From an uncultured Chloroflexia bacterium (GTDB taxonomy: Bacteria > Chloroflexota > Limnocylindria > Limnocylindrales > CSP1-4): a stretch of 64,000 bases of DNA. Below the pieces are notes generated by a model. That model was not told where the DNA came from. It saw nothing but the letters and a program-made list of their open reading frames with translations, and did not search any database. The stretch lies in contig CAVYBU010000006.1 in NCBI GenBank assembly GCA_963766735.1, positions 141,272-205,271 of the forward strand. The letters run 5' to 3'. The position numbers and the translations under genes are program-made. Shown piece after piece: positions 22,834 through 33,753 of the stretch. Position 1 is the stretch's first letter; each line of letters opens with the position of its first letter.

Positions 22834-23804
22834 GCGGGCTCGCGGGCGGCGGCGAGCCGGAGCTCGAGCGCCATCTGGGGCGAGAAGTCGCGGAGGTGGA
22901 TCGCGGCGGCCGCGGCGGCCAGGCGCACTCCGGTGGGGGCATCGGCAGGAACGCCCGCGTGGTCCGCGACGCCCATGAAGGCCGCCAGCGGCGCGAGGCC
23001 GATCAGCTCCGACTCGGCCAGCTCCACGCCGTCCTCCGCGGCCAGCTCCCCCACCGCCTCCCAGGCCTGCCAGAGCGGTGTGACGCGGAAGTCGAGCAGG
23101 TTCATGGAAACCTGGGCAAGGACGGGGTGGCCGCGCTCGGGCTCCTCGACGCGGAACCCGTTGCCCTGGACGCGCGGCAGACCGCCCCCGGACTCCCGGA
23201 CCCGCCGCGCGATGCGCTTCGCCAGATCCACGTCGTCCGAGTCGAGGTTGATGTTCCAGGCGATGAGGAAGGGGCGGGCTCCGACGGCCACCGCACCGGC
23301 CCGCGGATGCATGCGGGACGGGCCGAAGTCCGGCTCCCGGCCGTTGTGCGCGATCTCCGCCTTGAGGCCCTCGTACTGGCCCCGACGCACGTTTGCGAGC
23401 GTGACCCTGTCGGAGCGCGTCGCGGCCTGCGCGTACAGGTAGACCGGCAGGTCATGGCGCGTGGCGATCCTGGCCCCGAACTCGCGGGCCATCTCCACGC
23501 AGGCGTCCATCGAGGTGTCGCCGAGCGGCACGAACGGGACCACGTCGACGGCCCCGATGCGGGGGTGCTCGCCGGCGTGGGCCTCCATGTCGATGTCGTC
23601 GATCGCCTGGGCGATGAGCCGCTCCAGGCCGGCACTGACGGCCACGTGCTCGCCCGCGACCGTGAACACGGACCGGTTGTGGCTGGCATCCGAGGTGCGG
23701 TCCAGGAGATGGACACCCGGTACCGAGGTCAGGGCATCCGCCAATCGCTCGACCACGTCGAGGCGCCGACCCTCGGAGACGTTGGGAACGGATTCGACGA
23801 GCAC
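22830..23804 (-). CDS. glutamate formimidoyltransferase
   Basis: ESVPNVSEGR, HNRSVFT, GEHPRIGAVDVVPFVP, QVSMNL, SELIGL. Confidence 0.93.
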   Translation of the reverse strand: MLVESVPNVSEGRRLDVVERLADALTSVPGVHLLDRTSDASHNRSVFTVAGEHVAVSAGLERLIAQAIDDIDMEAHAGEHPRIGAVDVVPFVPLGDTSMDACVEMAREFGARIATRHDLPVYLYAQAATRSDRVTLANVRRGQYEGLKAEIAHNGREPDFGPSRMHPRAGAVAVGARPFLIAWNINLDSDDVDLAKRIARRVRESGGGLPRVQGNGFRVEEPERGHPVLAQVSMNLLDFRVTPLWQAWEAVGELAAEDGVELAESELIGLAPLAAFMGVADHAGVPADAPTGVRLAAAAAAIHLRDFSPQMALELRLAAAREPA

Positions 23805-23880
23805 GGATCGATGCTACCTGTCCCCGGCGTCCCGATTGTGACGTGTGCGCGAACCCGCGGGGCACCGATGCCCGGTGCGT

Positions 23881-25566
23881 CTACCCGTCGAGCATCGGGA
23901 TATGCACCCCGCGCTCCCGGGCAACCTCGATGGCGTGCTCGTAGCCCGCGTCCACGTGTCGCGCGACGCCCATTCCCGGGTCGGACGTGAGTACCCGCTC
24001 CAGCTTGCGCGCCGCCAGCTCGGTCCCGTCGGCCACCACGACCATCCCGGCGTGCTGTGAGTACCCGATGCCCGTCCCGCCGCCGTGGTGGATCGAGACC
24101 CAGGTGGCTCCCGCGGCGGTGTTCACGAGCGCGTTGAGCAGCGGCCAGTCGGCCACGGCATCGGACCCGTCCAGCATCGCCTCCGTCTCCCGGTTGGGCG
24201 ACGCAACGGATCCCGCATCGAGGTGGTCCCGCCCGATGACGATGGGCGCCTTGACCTCGCCGGCCGCAACCAGGCGGTTGAACTCCAGCCCCGCCTTCGC
24301 CCGCTCGCCGTAGCCCAGCCAGCAGATCCGCGCGGGCAGCCCCTGGAACGGCACCTTGGCCTCGGCCAGCTCCAGCCATCGCCGGAGGCCCCGATCGTGC
24401 GGGAACAGCTCCAGCATCGCCTGGTCGGTGCGGCGGATGTCGTCCGGGTCGCCGGAGAGCGCCACCCAGCGGAACGGGCCCTTGCCTTCACAGAACAGCG
24501 GGCGGATGTAGGCGGGCACGAAGCCCGGGTAGTCGAAGGCGTTTGCGACGCCTCCCTCCTGGGCCTGCGCCCTGAGGTTGTTGCCGTAGTCGAATGCGAC
24601 GGCGCCGGCCTCCTTGAACGCCAGGATCGCGCGGACGTGGTCCGCCATCGACCGCACCGACCGCTGCATGTACACGTCCGGCTGCGTGATCCGGAGGACG
24701 TGCGCATCACGGAGGGTCAGCTCCGCGGGCACGTAGCCACCCAGCGAATCGTGCGCAGAGGTCTGGTCCGTGACCACGTCGAAGTATTCGCCGGCCTTCG
24801 CCCACGCTGGCTCGATCTCCGCCGCGTTGCCGATGAGCGCGATCGACAGCGGGTCGTTCGCCTCGGCCGCCTGCCGCGCCATCGCGAGCGCCTCCTGCGG
24901 GGAGTGCGTGAACCGGTCCACGTAGCCGATCTCGTGACGCCGCCGGGCCCGGGTCTCGTCCACCTCGATCGCGATGCAGACACCCTCGTTCATCGTCACG
25001 GCCAGCGGTTGGGCGCCGCCCATCCCGCCCAGGCCGGCGGTGAGGACCACCTTCCCGCGCAGGGTCCCACCGAAGTGCTGGTGCGCCAGCTCCGCGAACG
25101 TCTCGTACGTGCCCTGGAGGATCCCCTGGGTGCCTATGTAGATCCAGGACCCCGCTGTCATCTGGCCGTACATCATCAGGCCCTGCCGTTCGAGGTCCCG
25201 GAAGACGTCCCAGTTCGCCCACTTGCCCACGAGGTTCGAATTGGCGATGAGCACCCGGGGCGCCCACTCGTTTGTGCGGAACACGGCCACCGGCTTGCCG
25301 GACTGGACGAGGAGGGTCTCGTCGTCGGCCAGGTTGCGCAGCTCGCGCACGATGGCGTCGAACGCGGGCCAGCTGCGGGCCGCGCGCCCGGTGCCGCCGT
25401 AGACGACCAGCTCGTCCGGGTTCTCGGCGACTTCCGGGTCCAGGTTGTTCATCAGCATCCGCAGCGCGGCTTCCTGCTGCCAGCCGCGGGTGGACAGGGT
25501 GGTGCCGTGCGGGGCTCGGACGGGGCGCGGACCGGAGGGCGCGACGCCGGGGGCTTCGGTGCTCAC
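23881..25566 (-). CDS. hutU: urocanate hydratase
   Basis: [56 protein letters not shown]. Confidence 0.98.
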   Translation of the reverse strand: MSTEAPGVAPSGPRPVRAPHGTTLSTRGWQQEAALRMLMNNLDPEVAENPDELVVYGGTGRAARSWPAFDAIVRELRNLADDETLLVQSGKPVAVFRTNEWAPRVLIANSNLVGKWANWDVFRDLERQGLMMYGQMTAGSWIYIGTQGILQGTYETFAELAHQHFGGTLRGKVVLTAGLGGMGGAQPLAVTMNEGVCIAIEVDETRARRRHEIGYVDRFTHSPQEALAMARQAAEANDPLSIALIGNAAEIEPAWAKAGEYFDVVTDQTSAHDSLGGYVPAELTLRDAHVLRITQPDVYMQRSVRSMADHVRAILAFKEAGAVAFDYGNNLRAQAQEGGVANAFDYPGFVPAYIRPLFCEGKGPFRWVALSGDPDDIRRTDQAMLELFPHDRGLRRWLELAEAKVPFQGLPARICWLGYGERAKAGLEFNRLVAAGEVKAPIVIGRDHLDAGSVASPNRETEAMLDGSDAVADWPLLNALVNTAAGATWVSIHHGGGTGIGYSQHAGMVVVADGTELAARKLERVLTSDPGMGVARHVDAGYEHAIEVARERGVHIPMLDG

Positions 25567-25627
25567 GAAGCGAGTCTACGACGGGCACGACGGCGGAGAA
25601 CGTCCGTAGCGTGCCAGTGGCGAACCG

Positions 25628-26260
25628 TCAGGGGCGCAGGCCCCGAACCAGCTGCTCCCCGAACCTCTGTTCCCCCAGGGAGAACACGGATACCACGGCC
25701 TCGCGCTCCGGCACGTATGCGTGGTAGACGCGCAGGCCGCCGGAGCAGGTCGTGACGTACATCGTCCGGTCATCGTCAAGGCCCACCTGGGCATGCGCGG
25801 CAACGCCGCCGGCCTGTGCGCAGGCGCCCTCGTCGTAGGAATCGCGCCAGTCACGGAAGAACGCGTCGGAGAACACGTCCGGCCGCAGGTGGGCGACCAC
25901 GCCCGAGGCCAGGTCATCCCCCTCCGTCACGATCGCGAAGGCGGCGGCATCCACGTTGGCCACGAAGGACGGATCCGCGACCGCCTCGCCGAACGACTCC
26001 GGCTCGATCTCCACCCTGGCCGCCCCGACGGCTGCCGGCAGGATCTCGATGAGGGCCGGGTCCATCACGACGTCCACGCCGGGGATGTCGCGAGGGCGGG
26101 CCGGGCGAGATCGCGGGCACGCCGATGCCGATGCCGACGGGGTGGGGGTCGATATGGCCGGTGAGGTCGATGTGGCCGGTGGGATGGACCCTTCCGTGGA
26201 GCCGCAGCCCGCAATCGCGAGCGCGACCGCGACCACCGCGAGCCCGCCCCGCACCCTCAC
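25628..26260 (-). CDS. hypothetical lipoprotein
   Basis: Lipobox IAGC, S/T/P linker; GTGA overlap with upstream gene. Confidence 0.65.
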   Translation of the reverse strand: MRVRGGLAVVAVALAIAGCGSTEGSIPPATSTSPAISTPTPSASASACPRSRPARPRDIPGVDVVMDPALIEILPAAVGAARVEIEPESFGEAVADPSFVANVDAAAFAIVTEGDDLASGVVAHLRPDVFSDAFFRDWRDSYDEGACAQAGGVAAHAQVGLDDDRTMYVTTCSGGLRVYHAYVPEREAVVSVFSLGEQRFGEQLVRGLRP

Positions 26261-27021
26261 CCCAGCTCCCGGCGCAGCACCGGGAAGCGCTCGTCCGACG
26301 CCGCGACCACGAAGCCGAGTCGTTCCCAGAACCCCGGGCCGGCGGCGCTGGTCGCCTCGAGCCGCGCCCCCACCTCCGGGTAGACCTCCACGGCCGCAAA
26401 ACCCCGGGTGGCGAGGTCGTCGCAGACGGCGGCGACCAGCGCGGCAGCGTGGCCGCGCCCCCGTCCCTCGGCGGTGGTCGAGATGCAGGTGATCACCGCG
26501 GGTAGCGGAGAGACCGGCAATTGCGGGTAGAGCTCGCGGGTCCGCATTGCCCGAGGGTACGCGGACAACGGGCCGAACTGGGCGTACGCCGCTGGAACGC
26601 CGTCCTCCTCCAGCACCTTGGCGTACGAACCGAACACCTTGAGGCCGCGGGCGAGGAGCCGGAGCTTGGGCGGCGCGTCGGCAGCCACGCTGGGCCCGGC
26701 GGCGGGGCGTGGGGCGAACGGGTTCTCCACCGGTTCGTCGTCGCGCTCCAGGAACGGGTTTGCCGCAGGCTGGCGGGCGGCGGGGAGGAACGGGTTCACG
26801 GCGGCCCCGTCGTCATCGTCGAGCGCGAACGGGTTCCGCGGACGTGCGCGAGCGGGAGCAGGCGCGGACGACGGAGCGAGCCAGGACGCGCGGGCCGCCT
26901 TCGAGCCGTGGTCGGCGTCCTCCCAGTAGTTGCAGGACCGGTGATCGAAGCCGGCGTCCGCGCACGGCGGCACCAGCGCGAACCCGGCCCCATCGATCAC
27001 GTCGAGGATGCGGATGACCAT
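26257..27021 (-). CDS. GNAT-like protein with NPF-repeat insertion
   Basis: C.YWE N-terminus; VITCI...RGRGHAAALV; VEVYP; FWERLGF. Confidence 0.75.
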   Translation of the reverse strand: MVIRILDVIDGAGFALVPPCADAGFDHRSCNYWEDADHGSKAARASWLAPSSAPAPARARPRNPFALDDDDGAAVNPFLPAARQPAANPFLERDDEPVENPFAPRPAAGPSVAADAPPKLRLLARGLKVFGSYAKVLEEDGVPAAYAQFGPLSAYPRAMRTRELYPQLPVSPLPAVITCISTTAEGRGRGHAAALVAAVCDDLATRGFAAVEVYPEVGARLEATSAAGPGFWERLGFVVAASDERFPVLRRELG

Positions 27022-27055
27022 AGGCGGAGTCTATCGGGCCGCCCGCGAGCCGGGC

Positions 27056-28741
27056 TCAGCCGGGCGTGACGAGGTCCGCCAGGACACCCTCGCGAACGAT
27101 CGCCAGGCTCGCGGCGAGGTCCGGACCCGGCTCCCGGTCACCGCCCAGCGGCGTCACGCGCTCGCGGATGCGATCCAGCGCCTCTGCCACGCCCGCGCCC
27201 GGAACCGGGGCGCCGGCATTCGCGCCAACCGGGGTGCCGGCATCCGCGCCAGAGCCTGACGCCTCACCCGCCTGCGCCGCCAGCGCCGCCAACCGCAGGT
27301 CCAGCCCCTGGGCAGCACACATCAGCTCGATCGCCACTATCTGCTGCACGTGTCCCAGCACCGTGCGGGCGTGCCGCGCCGCAGCCGCGCCCATCGACAC
27401 GTGGTCCTCCTGGTTGGCGGACGTGGGGATCGAGTCCGCCGAGGACGGGTGCGCCAGGACCTTGTTCTCTGACGCGAGTGCGGCCGCCGTGTACTGGGTG
27501 ATCATCAGCCCGCTGTTGAGGCCGGGGTCGGGTGCCAGGAATGCCGGCAACCCGCCGTTGAGACGCGGGTCCATCAGCAGTGCCGTCCGCCGCTCCGAGA
27601 TCGCGCCGAGCTCGGACAGGGCGAGCTTGGCAAAGTCCAGCGCCAGCGCGATCGGCTCGCCGTGGAAGTTGCCGCCGCTGATCACCAGGCCACCGCCGGT
27701 GGCAAGCGCATCCACGGGCACCTCGCCGCCGGCCGGGAACACCAGCGGGTTGTCCGTGGCCGAGTTCAGCTCCACGTCCAGCACGCGCCGGAGATGATCC
27801 ATGGCATCGCGCACGGCCCCGTGGACCTGCGGCACACAGCGCAGGGAGTACGGGTCCTGCACCTTGTGCGCGCTCCCGTGGTGGGCAGCCTGGAGCCCTG
27901 AGTCCCGCAGCAGGTGCCGAAGCTCCGCGGCCACCATGACCTGCCCGGGGTGCGGGCGCGCCAGCTGGTACGGCGCCGCGTAGGCGACCTCCGTCCCCAG
28001 CAGCGCCTCCAGGGACATCGCCGCCGCGACGGACGCCGTCCGCAGCAGCCGATCCGCATCGACCAGAAGCAGCGCCCCCAGCGCGCTCATCAGCTGCGTC
28101 CCGTTGAGGAGCGCCAGCCCCTCCTTCGCCTGCAGCACCAGGGGCTCGAGGCCGCACTCGCGGAGCGCAATCATCGCGGGCATCACCTGCCCGCCAAGCT
28201 CCACCTGCCCCCGCCCGATGAGCGGCAGCGCGAGGTGCGCGAGCGGAGCCAGGTCCCCGGACGCCCCGACGCTCCCCTGCTCCGGCACGACCGGATGGAT
28301 GCCCTTCTCCAGGAACTCGCAGATCCGGTCCACCAGCAGCGGCCGGCACCCCGAGTGGCCGAGAGCCAGCGTGTTCGCGCGCAGCAGGAGCATCGCCCGC
28401 ACGACCTCGCGCGGGAACGGGCGGCCGACCCCCGCCGCGTGCGAGGCCAGGAGGTTCTCCTGGAGCCGCTCCGCATCCTCGGAGGGGATGAAGGTGGTGG
28501 CCAGGTCGCCGAACCCGGTCGTGACCCCGTAGACCACCTCGCCGCGGGCGACGAGCGTCTCGATGACGTCGCGCGCCTCCTGCATCCGCCCGCGGGCGGC
28601 CTCGTCGAGCGATACGCGGGCGCCCGACCGGGCCACCGCCTCCACGTCGGCCACGGACAGGTCCGCGCCGGTCAGCACGATCAGGTCGCGCGGACCGCGG
28701 GCGGGGGATCGCTCGGGGAGCGGATGGGTCTCGGTCACCAC
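27056..28741 (-). CDS. hutH: histidine ammonia-lyase
   Basis: [21 protein letters not shown] (MIO), [34 protein letters not shown]. Confidence 0.97.
   Translation of the reverse strand: MVTETHPLPERSPARGPRDLIVLTGADLSVADVEAVARSGARVSLDEAARGRMQEARDVIETLVARGEVVYGVTTGFGDLATTFIPSEDAERLQENLLASHAAGVGRPFPREVVRAMLLLRANTLALGHSGCRPLLVDRICEFLEKGIHPVVPEQGSVGASGDLAPLAHLALPLIGRGQVELGGQVMPAMIALRECGLEPLVLQAKEGLALLNGTQLMSALGALLLVDADRLLRTASVAAAMSLEALLGTEVAYAAPYQLARPHPGQVMVAAELRHLLRDSGLQAAHHGSAHKVQDPYSLRCVPQVHGAVRDAMDHLRRVLDVELNSATDNPLVFPAGGEVPVDALATGGGLVISGGNFHGEPIALALDFAKLALSELGAISERRTALLMDPRLNGGLPAFLAPDPGLNSGLMITQYTAAALASENKVLAHPSSADSIPTSANQEDHVSMGAAAARHARTVLGHVQQIVAIELMCAAQGLDLRLAALAAQAGEASGSGADAGTPVGANAGAPVPGAGVAEALDRIRERVTPLGGDREPGPDLAASLAIVREGVLADLVTPG
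27203..27250. repeat. 24-bp tandem duplication inside hutH
   Basis: AACCGGGGYGCCGGCATYCGCGCC x2, part of a Gly/Ala-rich insertion. Confidence 0.7.
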
Positions 28742-28769
28742 GCCGAGGATAGTCCGCTACCCTCAGTCC

Positions 28770-29471
28770 GTGTTCGACTTCCTGAACGGCCCCGTCCGTG
28801 ATCTCGTGACACAGATCTACGAGGCGGTCGGCTACCTCGGCGTCGCCCTGTGGGTGGCGATCGAGAGCGTGATCATCCCCATCCCGTCCGAGGTGGTGCT
28901 GCCGTTCGCCGGCTTCCTGGCGGCTGACCCGTCGTCCCTCGAGTCGATCACCGGCGCGCGCTGGAGCATCCCCCTGCTGGTGGTCTTTGCGACGATCGGC
29001 TCGCTCGTCGGGGCTCTGATCGCCTATGCCATCGGGTACTGGGGTGGACGACCGTTGCTCATCCGCTGGGGCCGCTTTCTGCGGTTCACGGAGGACGACC
29101 TCGTGCGCACCGAGGGGTTCTTCGAGCGATGGGGCACGGCTGCGGCCCTGCTCGGACGGCTGGTACCGGTCGTCCGGTCGCTGGTCTCGTTCGGGGCAGG
29201 GGTGGGCAGGATGCGCCTCGGCCCCTTCGTGCTGTACACGGTCCTGGGCTCCGCGCTCTGGAACTTCGCCCTGATCCTCACCGGCTACCTGCTGGGCGAG
29301 AACTGGAACGTGGTCGGCGCACTGCTCAAGCAGTACGAGTACCTTGTCCTGGCGGTCCTGGCGGTCGCGTGCCTGGTCTGGGTCTGGTTCCGCTTCATCC
29401 GGCCGCGGCGGGGTGCGCCCGGACTCGAGGAGCCACCCGCGCCCGAGGCCTCCGCCGGACCTGACGCGTAG
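28770..29471 (+). CDS. DedA family membrane protein
   Basis: ESVIIPIPSEVVLPFAGF, YAIGYWGGRP, GRLVPVVRSLVSFGAG. Confidence 0.93.
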   Translation: MFDFLNGPVRDLVTQIYEAVGYLGVALWVAIESVIIPIPSEVVLPFAGFLAADPSSLESITGARWSIPLLVVFATIGSLVGALIAYAIGYWGGRPLLIRWGRFLRFTEDDLVRTEGFFERWGTAAALLGRLVPVVRSLVSFGAGVGRMRLGPFVLYTVLGSALWNFALILTGYLLGENWNVVGALLKQYEYLVLAVLAVACLVWVWFRFIRPRRGAPGLEEPPAPEASAGPDA

Positions 29472-29527
29472 CCCGCCACCCGAACGCTGGGCGGCCACGC
29501 GCTACGCCCAGCTGCGGCGGCCTCGCG

Positions 29528-29920
29528 CTACTCCAGCCGCGGGGGGATCGGGTCCCCGTTCACGGCGTCCTCGTTGAGCGGCAGCAGCGGATCCGTGCCC
29601 GGCGTGCCCGTGAGCGTCGTAGTCAGCCACTCCGCGGAGAGCTGTGCCATACGGGCGAAGTTGACCCCGTCGCCGAGAACACGGGCCGCCTCCTGCGGGC
29701 TGTGGAACCCGGTGCTGTCCTCTGAGGAGATGAAGTCCCAGCGCAGACTGGCCTTGCGGTGGAAGTCGCGCGCCTCCTCCAGCTGCCCGTCCGTCGCGCC
29801 CGCCGCCCGGGCCGCGTTGATCGCATCGATGGCGGCGATGATCGCCGTCTCCGTCTCGCGGAGCTGCCCGGAGGTGCGCTCCTGGATGGTGAGGATCCGA
29901 TCGACCAGCGGGCGCCTCAC
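29528..29920 (-). pseudogene. orphan C-terminal fragment of NrfA-type cytochrome c552 nitrite reductase
   Basis: IQERT...ARDFHRKASLRWDFISSEDSTGFHSPQEAARVLG resembles the NrfA helical C-terminus; no CXXCH present. Confidence 0.7.
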
Positions 29921-29931
29921 TCCCGGGAGGA

Positions 29932-30642
29932 TCAGCAACCCCAGGGTGCCTCGCTGGCGCCCCGCAGGTGCTGCGTGTCGTTCGCGACCAGGAGCTTCGC
30001 GTCCTCCGGCCCATCCCCCACCTCCCAGCGCAGCACCGTGAGGTTCGCCTGCGCCTGGACGAAGCGCTTGCGGTAGTCCCGCAGGTCCGTGCCCAGCGCC
30101 ACGCACATGAGCACCCGGTTCGTGGAGCTGTGGCCGACGGCCAGGATCGGGCGCTCACCGGGACCGCCGCCGGGACCGCCGACCGCGGTGGCCGCCCGGA
30201 ATGAGGCGCGCGCGTGCCACGCCGCGTGTTCCGCGATGAGGTCCGCCAGGAACGAGCGGACGCGGGTCGCCACGTCATGGCCGGACTCGCCACCCGGGCA
30301 GGCGAGGCGATCGGGCGCCAGCTCCCATTCGCGTCGGAAGGCTCCGTCGCGCTGGTCGATCTCGCCGTAGGTCATCCCCTCCCAGGCGCCGTAGTCCATC
30401 TCCCTCAGGCGCGGGTCGGGCTCGATTCGGGCGCCGGCGTCAAGGATCCCGGCGGTCTCCTGGGCCCGGAACAGCGGGCTGCTGATGACCCGGTCGAAGC
30501 GCACCGGCGCCAGGCGGCGCGCCAGGGCCTGCGCCTGCCGACGGCCGGCGTCGCTGATGGAGATGTCGATGTGCTGGCCCAGGTGCTGCTCGGGCTCCGA
30601 GCGGTCCGTGAGGCCATGACGGGTGAGGACAAGGGTGAGCAT
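29932..30642 (-). CDS. histidine phosphatase family protein
   Basis: LTRHG, SSPLFRAQETA, EMDYGAWEG, GGES, VGH. Confidence 0.92.
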   Translation of the reverse strand: MLTLVLTRHGLTDRSEPEQHLGQHIDISISDAGRRQAQALARRLAPVRFDRVISSPLFRAQETAGILDAGARIEPDPRLREMDYGAWEGMTYGEIDQRDGAFRREWELAPDRLACPGGESGHDVATRVRSFLADLIAEHAAWHARASFRAATAVGGPGGGPGERPILAVGHSSTNRVLMCVALGTDLRDYRKRFVQAQANLTVLRWEVGDGPEDAKLLVANDTQHLRGASEAPWGC

Positions 30643-30704
30643 CAGGCCCAGTCTAGGACGGGCGCTCATGGGAGAATGGGGGCGGAGGTAGCAATCAGAC
30701 AACC

Positions 30705-30941
30705 ATGAGCGATATGCACGGCACCAACGGCCCTGAGCAGCATGGCTCGGCCCACGCGGCGGCGGACGATCACGGCTCCGCGGACGACCACGCGGACGCT
30801 CACGGCCACGACGACCACGGGGGCGAGGCGCTCGGCCCGATCGACTGGCGGATGTGGGGCGCGGGTGTGGTCGGCGTGGTCTCGGCGCTGATCGTCGTCG
30901 CCGGGTTCGTGGCCGCGACGGACTTCTCCTTCATCGCCTGA
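30705..30941 (+). CDS. small His/Asp-rich single-TM protein
   Basis: GGAGG upstream; His/Asp-rich N-terminus, LGPIDW, then TM helix. Confidence 0.65.
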   Translation: MSDMHGTNGPEQHGSAHAAADDHGSADDHADAHGHDDHGGEALGPIDWRMWGAGVVGVVSALIVVAGFVAATDFSFIA

Positions 30942-31036
30942 GCGCACCGTCTCCGCGCTCCGCGCTTGCCCAAGCGGCGCCCCTGCGCGACTCGCGCGAT
31001 CGGGCTCGGCGCTTTGGGGCGCGGCGCGATAGTGCG

Positions 31037-31991
31037 TCAGCCCGAGAACACGACCGCCACGATCGGGAACGCCACCAGCGTGGCCAGGGTGGCCAGGGAC
31101 AGCGTGTCGGCAACGTAGTCGCGCTCGTCCTCGTCCTCCGGGCGCGACCCCATGTACAGCGGGATCACGAAGGGCGGCGGCAGAATCGCCATCGTCATCA
31201 CGGCCGCCCCGAACAGCGCATCCAGCCCCAGCATGCCCTCCACGACCACCTTGTCGAAGACGATCGCGAGCAGCACCCACGCAGTCAGCCGCACCGCAAC
31301 CGTCCGCGACGGCCAGCTCAGCGCCCCGCGGCTCAGCCGCGTGCTGTACCCGATCACGATGGCGATGAGCGGCGTCGTGCAGACAGCCAGCAGCCCCAGC
31401 GTCCGCAGCAGGGATTCGGTGAGCGGTGTCGAGTCCATCGCCGGGCCCAGTCCCACGAAGTTGCCGGCCACACCGGCCAGGATGGCGAGGATCACCGGCG
31501 TTCGCAGGAAGCCGCCAACCGTGTCCCGCAACCCCGGGGTCACGCCGGTCGCCCGCCGCGTGAGCATCGTCGCCAGGACGAAGAACACGAACAGGACCTG
31601 GCCGAGATCGACGATCCCGAAACGGTACAGCGCCTCCTGGCCGAACACGCCGCCGTAGATCGCATAGCCCAGCATCCCGACCTCGAAGCCGGTCATGAGG
31701 GGCCCGGTCAACGGCGAGCGCACCCCCGCCACCCGGCACAGATAGGGCCCGACGAGCAGCATCCCCACGCACGCGGCGAACACGAGCAGCACGATCGGCA
31801 GGTAGCGCAGCTCCAAGCGAGACGCGCAGGAAGGTCAGGAACAGCGCCGAGGGGAGCGTGATGGCGAGCACGAACCGCCGGAGGTCGACGATCGTCGACT
31901 CCGACAGGAACCCACGCCGGCGCATGACGGCGCCCAGCGCGAACAGCAGCAGGACCGGAAGCACCCGCCCGAGGGCGTCGATGATCGCCAC
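31037..31991 (-). CDS. AEC (auxin efflux carrier)-family transporter, frameshift near 31820
   Basis: AGGAGG + GTG; VLPVLLLFALG...ITLPSALF continues in another frame with TGFEVGMLGY, PVILAILAG, LPPPF. Confidence 0.75.
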
Positions 31992-32046
31992 GAGCCTCCT
32001 CGCGGACCGGGAAGCGTGCCCGGGAAGTGGCCCGGGCGCCCTCCGC

Positions 32047-33753
32047 CTAGAAGAGGCCGACGATCTCCCCGTCGTCGTCGATGTCGATGCGCTCGCCGCC
32101 GGGGCGGCTGTTGAGGCCCGGCATCGTCCGCATGTCGCCGCAGAGCGGGGTGATGAACCCGGCGCCGGCGCTGAGGCGGACCTCCCGGATCGGCAGCCTG
32201 TAGCCGCTGGGGCGGCCCAGGAGCTTTGCGTCGTGAGAGAGGCTGTACTGGGTCTTGGCCATGCACACGGGCAGGTGGCCGTAGCCCATGTCCTCGTACA
32301 GCTTGAGGCTCTTCGTCGCGGCCGGCGTGTAATCCACGCCGTCCGCGCCGTAGACGCGGGTTGCGATCGTCTCGATCTTGTCCTTGAGGGACATCTCGTC
32401 CGGGTAGAGCAACTGGAAGTCCGGGGAGCCCTCCTCCGCCGCCGCCCAGACTGCCCGGGCCAGGTCCTCGGCACCGGCGCCACCGTCGGTGAAGTGGCGG
32501 GCGACAACCGCGTCGCGCGCCCCGGCCGCGAGAGAGACGTCCTTGATCGCCTGGATCTCGGCCTCGGTGTCGGTCGGGAAGACGTTGATCGCCACGACGA
32601 CCGGCACGCCATACGCGCGGACGTTCTCGATGTGCTTGGCGAGGTTGACGCCGCCGCGCCGGACCGCGTCCGGGTTGTCCTCCAGGAGCGCCGGGTCGAG
32701 CGGCTTGCCAGCGACGATCCGGCCGACGCCACCGTTCATCTTGAGCGCGCGGATCGTGGCGACGATGACGGCGGCGTCGCAGGTCAGGCCCGATGCGCGG
32801 CACTTGATGTCGAAGAACTTCTCGGCGCCCATGTCGGCACCGAAGCCGGCCTCGGTCACGACGATGTCGGAGCCCGGCAGCGCGGCACGATCGGCGAGCA
32901 CCGAGTTGTTGCCGTGGGCGATGTTGGCGAACGGGCCGCAATGGACGAAGGCGGGACCGCCTTCGAGCGTCTGCATCAGGTTCGGCTTCAGCGCGTCCTT
33001 GAGCAGCACCGTCATCGAGCCTGCGACCTTGAGGTCCTCGGCCGTGATCGGGGTGCCGTCCTTCTTCGTGGCCAGGACGATGCGGCCGAGCCGGGCCCGG
33101 AGATCCTTGAGGTCCGAGGCGAGGGCCAGGATCGCCATGACCTCGGACGCGACCGTGATCACGAACTGGCCCTGGCGGGGATACCCGTTGTCCTTGCCGC
33201 CGAGGCCGATGACGATCTCGCGCAGGGCGCGGTCGCTGATGTCGAGGACTCGCGGCCAGAGCACGTTGTTGGCGTCGATCCCGAGCGCGTTGCCGTGGTG
33301 GATGTGGTTGTCGATGAACGCCGCGGCGAGGTTGTGCGCTGCGCCGATGGCGTGGATGTCACCGGTGAGGTGGAGGTTGAAGTCCTCCATCGGGATGACC
33401 TGGCTGTAGCCACCGCCGGCGGCGCCGCCCTTGATCCCGAAGACCGGACCGAGGCTGGGCTGGCGAAGGGCGACGGTCGCCTTCTTGCCGATTCGCTGGA
33501 GGCCCTGGGCGAGGCCGACGGTGGTCGTGCTCTTGCCCTCGCCGAGCGGTGTCGGGCTGATGGCGGTGACGAGCACGTACTTGCCTCGCGGGCGCTCCCG
33601 CTCCTGGCGCTCGATCCCCTCGATCGTGACCTTGGCCTTGCTGTTGCCGTAGAGCTCGATCTCGTCGTCGCGGTAGCCCAGCTCGTGGGCGACGTCGACG
33701 ATGGGACGGGGCGTGACCGAGCGGGCGATCTCGAGATCGGACGGGAAGGACAT
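32047..33753 (-). CDS. fhs: formate--tetrahydrofolate ligase
   Basis: PTPLGEGKST, GIKGGAAGGGYSQV, GPFANIAHGN, TEAGFGADMGAEKF, CMAKTQYS. Confidence 0.98.
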   Translation of the reverse strand: MSFPSDLEIARSVTPRPIVDVAHELGYRDDEIELYGNSKAKVTIEGIERQERERPRGKYVLVTAISPTPLGEGKSTTTVGLAQGLQRIGKKATVALRQPSLGPVFGIKGGAAGGGYSQVIPMEDFNLHLTGDIHAIGAAHNLAAAFIDNHIHHGNALGIDANNVLWPRVLDISDRALREIVIGLGGKDNGYPRQGQFVITVASEVMAILALASDLKDLRARLGRIVLATKKDGTPITAEDLKVAGSMTVLLKDALKPNLMQTLEGGPAFVHCGPFANIAHGNNSVLADRAALPGSDIVVTEAGFGADMGAEKFFDIKCRASGLTCDAAVIVATIRALKMNGGVGRIVAGKPLDPALLEDNPDAVRRGGVNLAKHIENVRAYGVPVVVAINVFPTDTEAEIQAIKDVSLAAGARDAVVARHFTDGGAGAEDLARAVWAAAEEGSPDFQLLYPDEMSLKDKIETIATRVYGADGVDYTPAATKSLKLYEDMGYGHLPVCMAKTQYSLSHDAKLLGRPSGYRLPIREVRLSAGAGFITPLCGDMRTMPGLNSRPGGERIDIDDDGEIVGLF

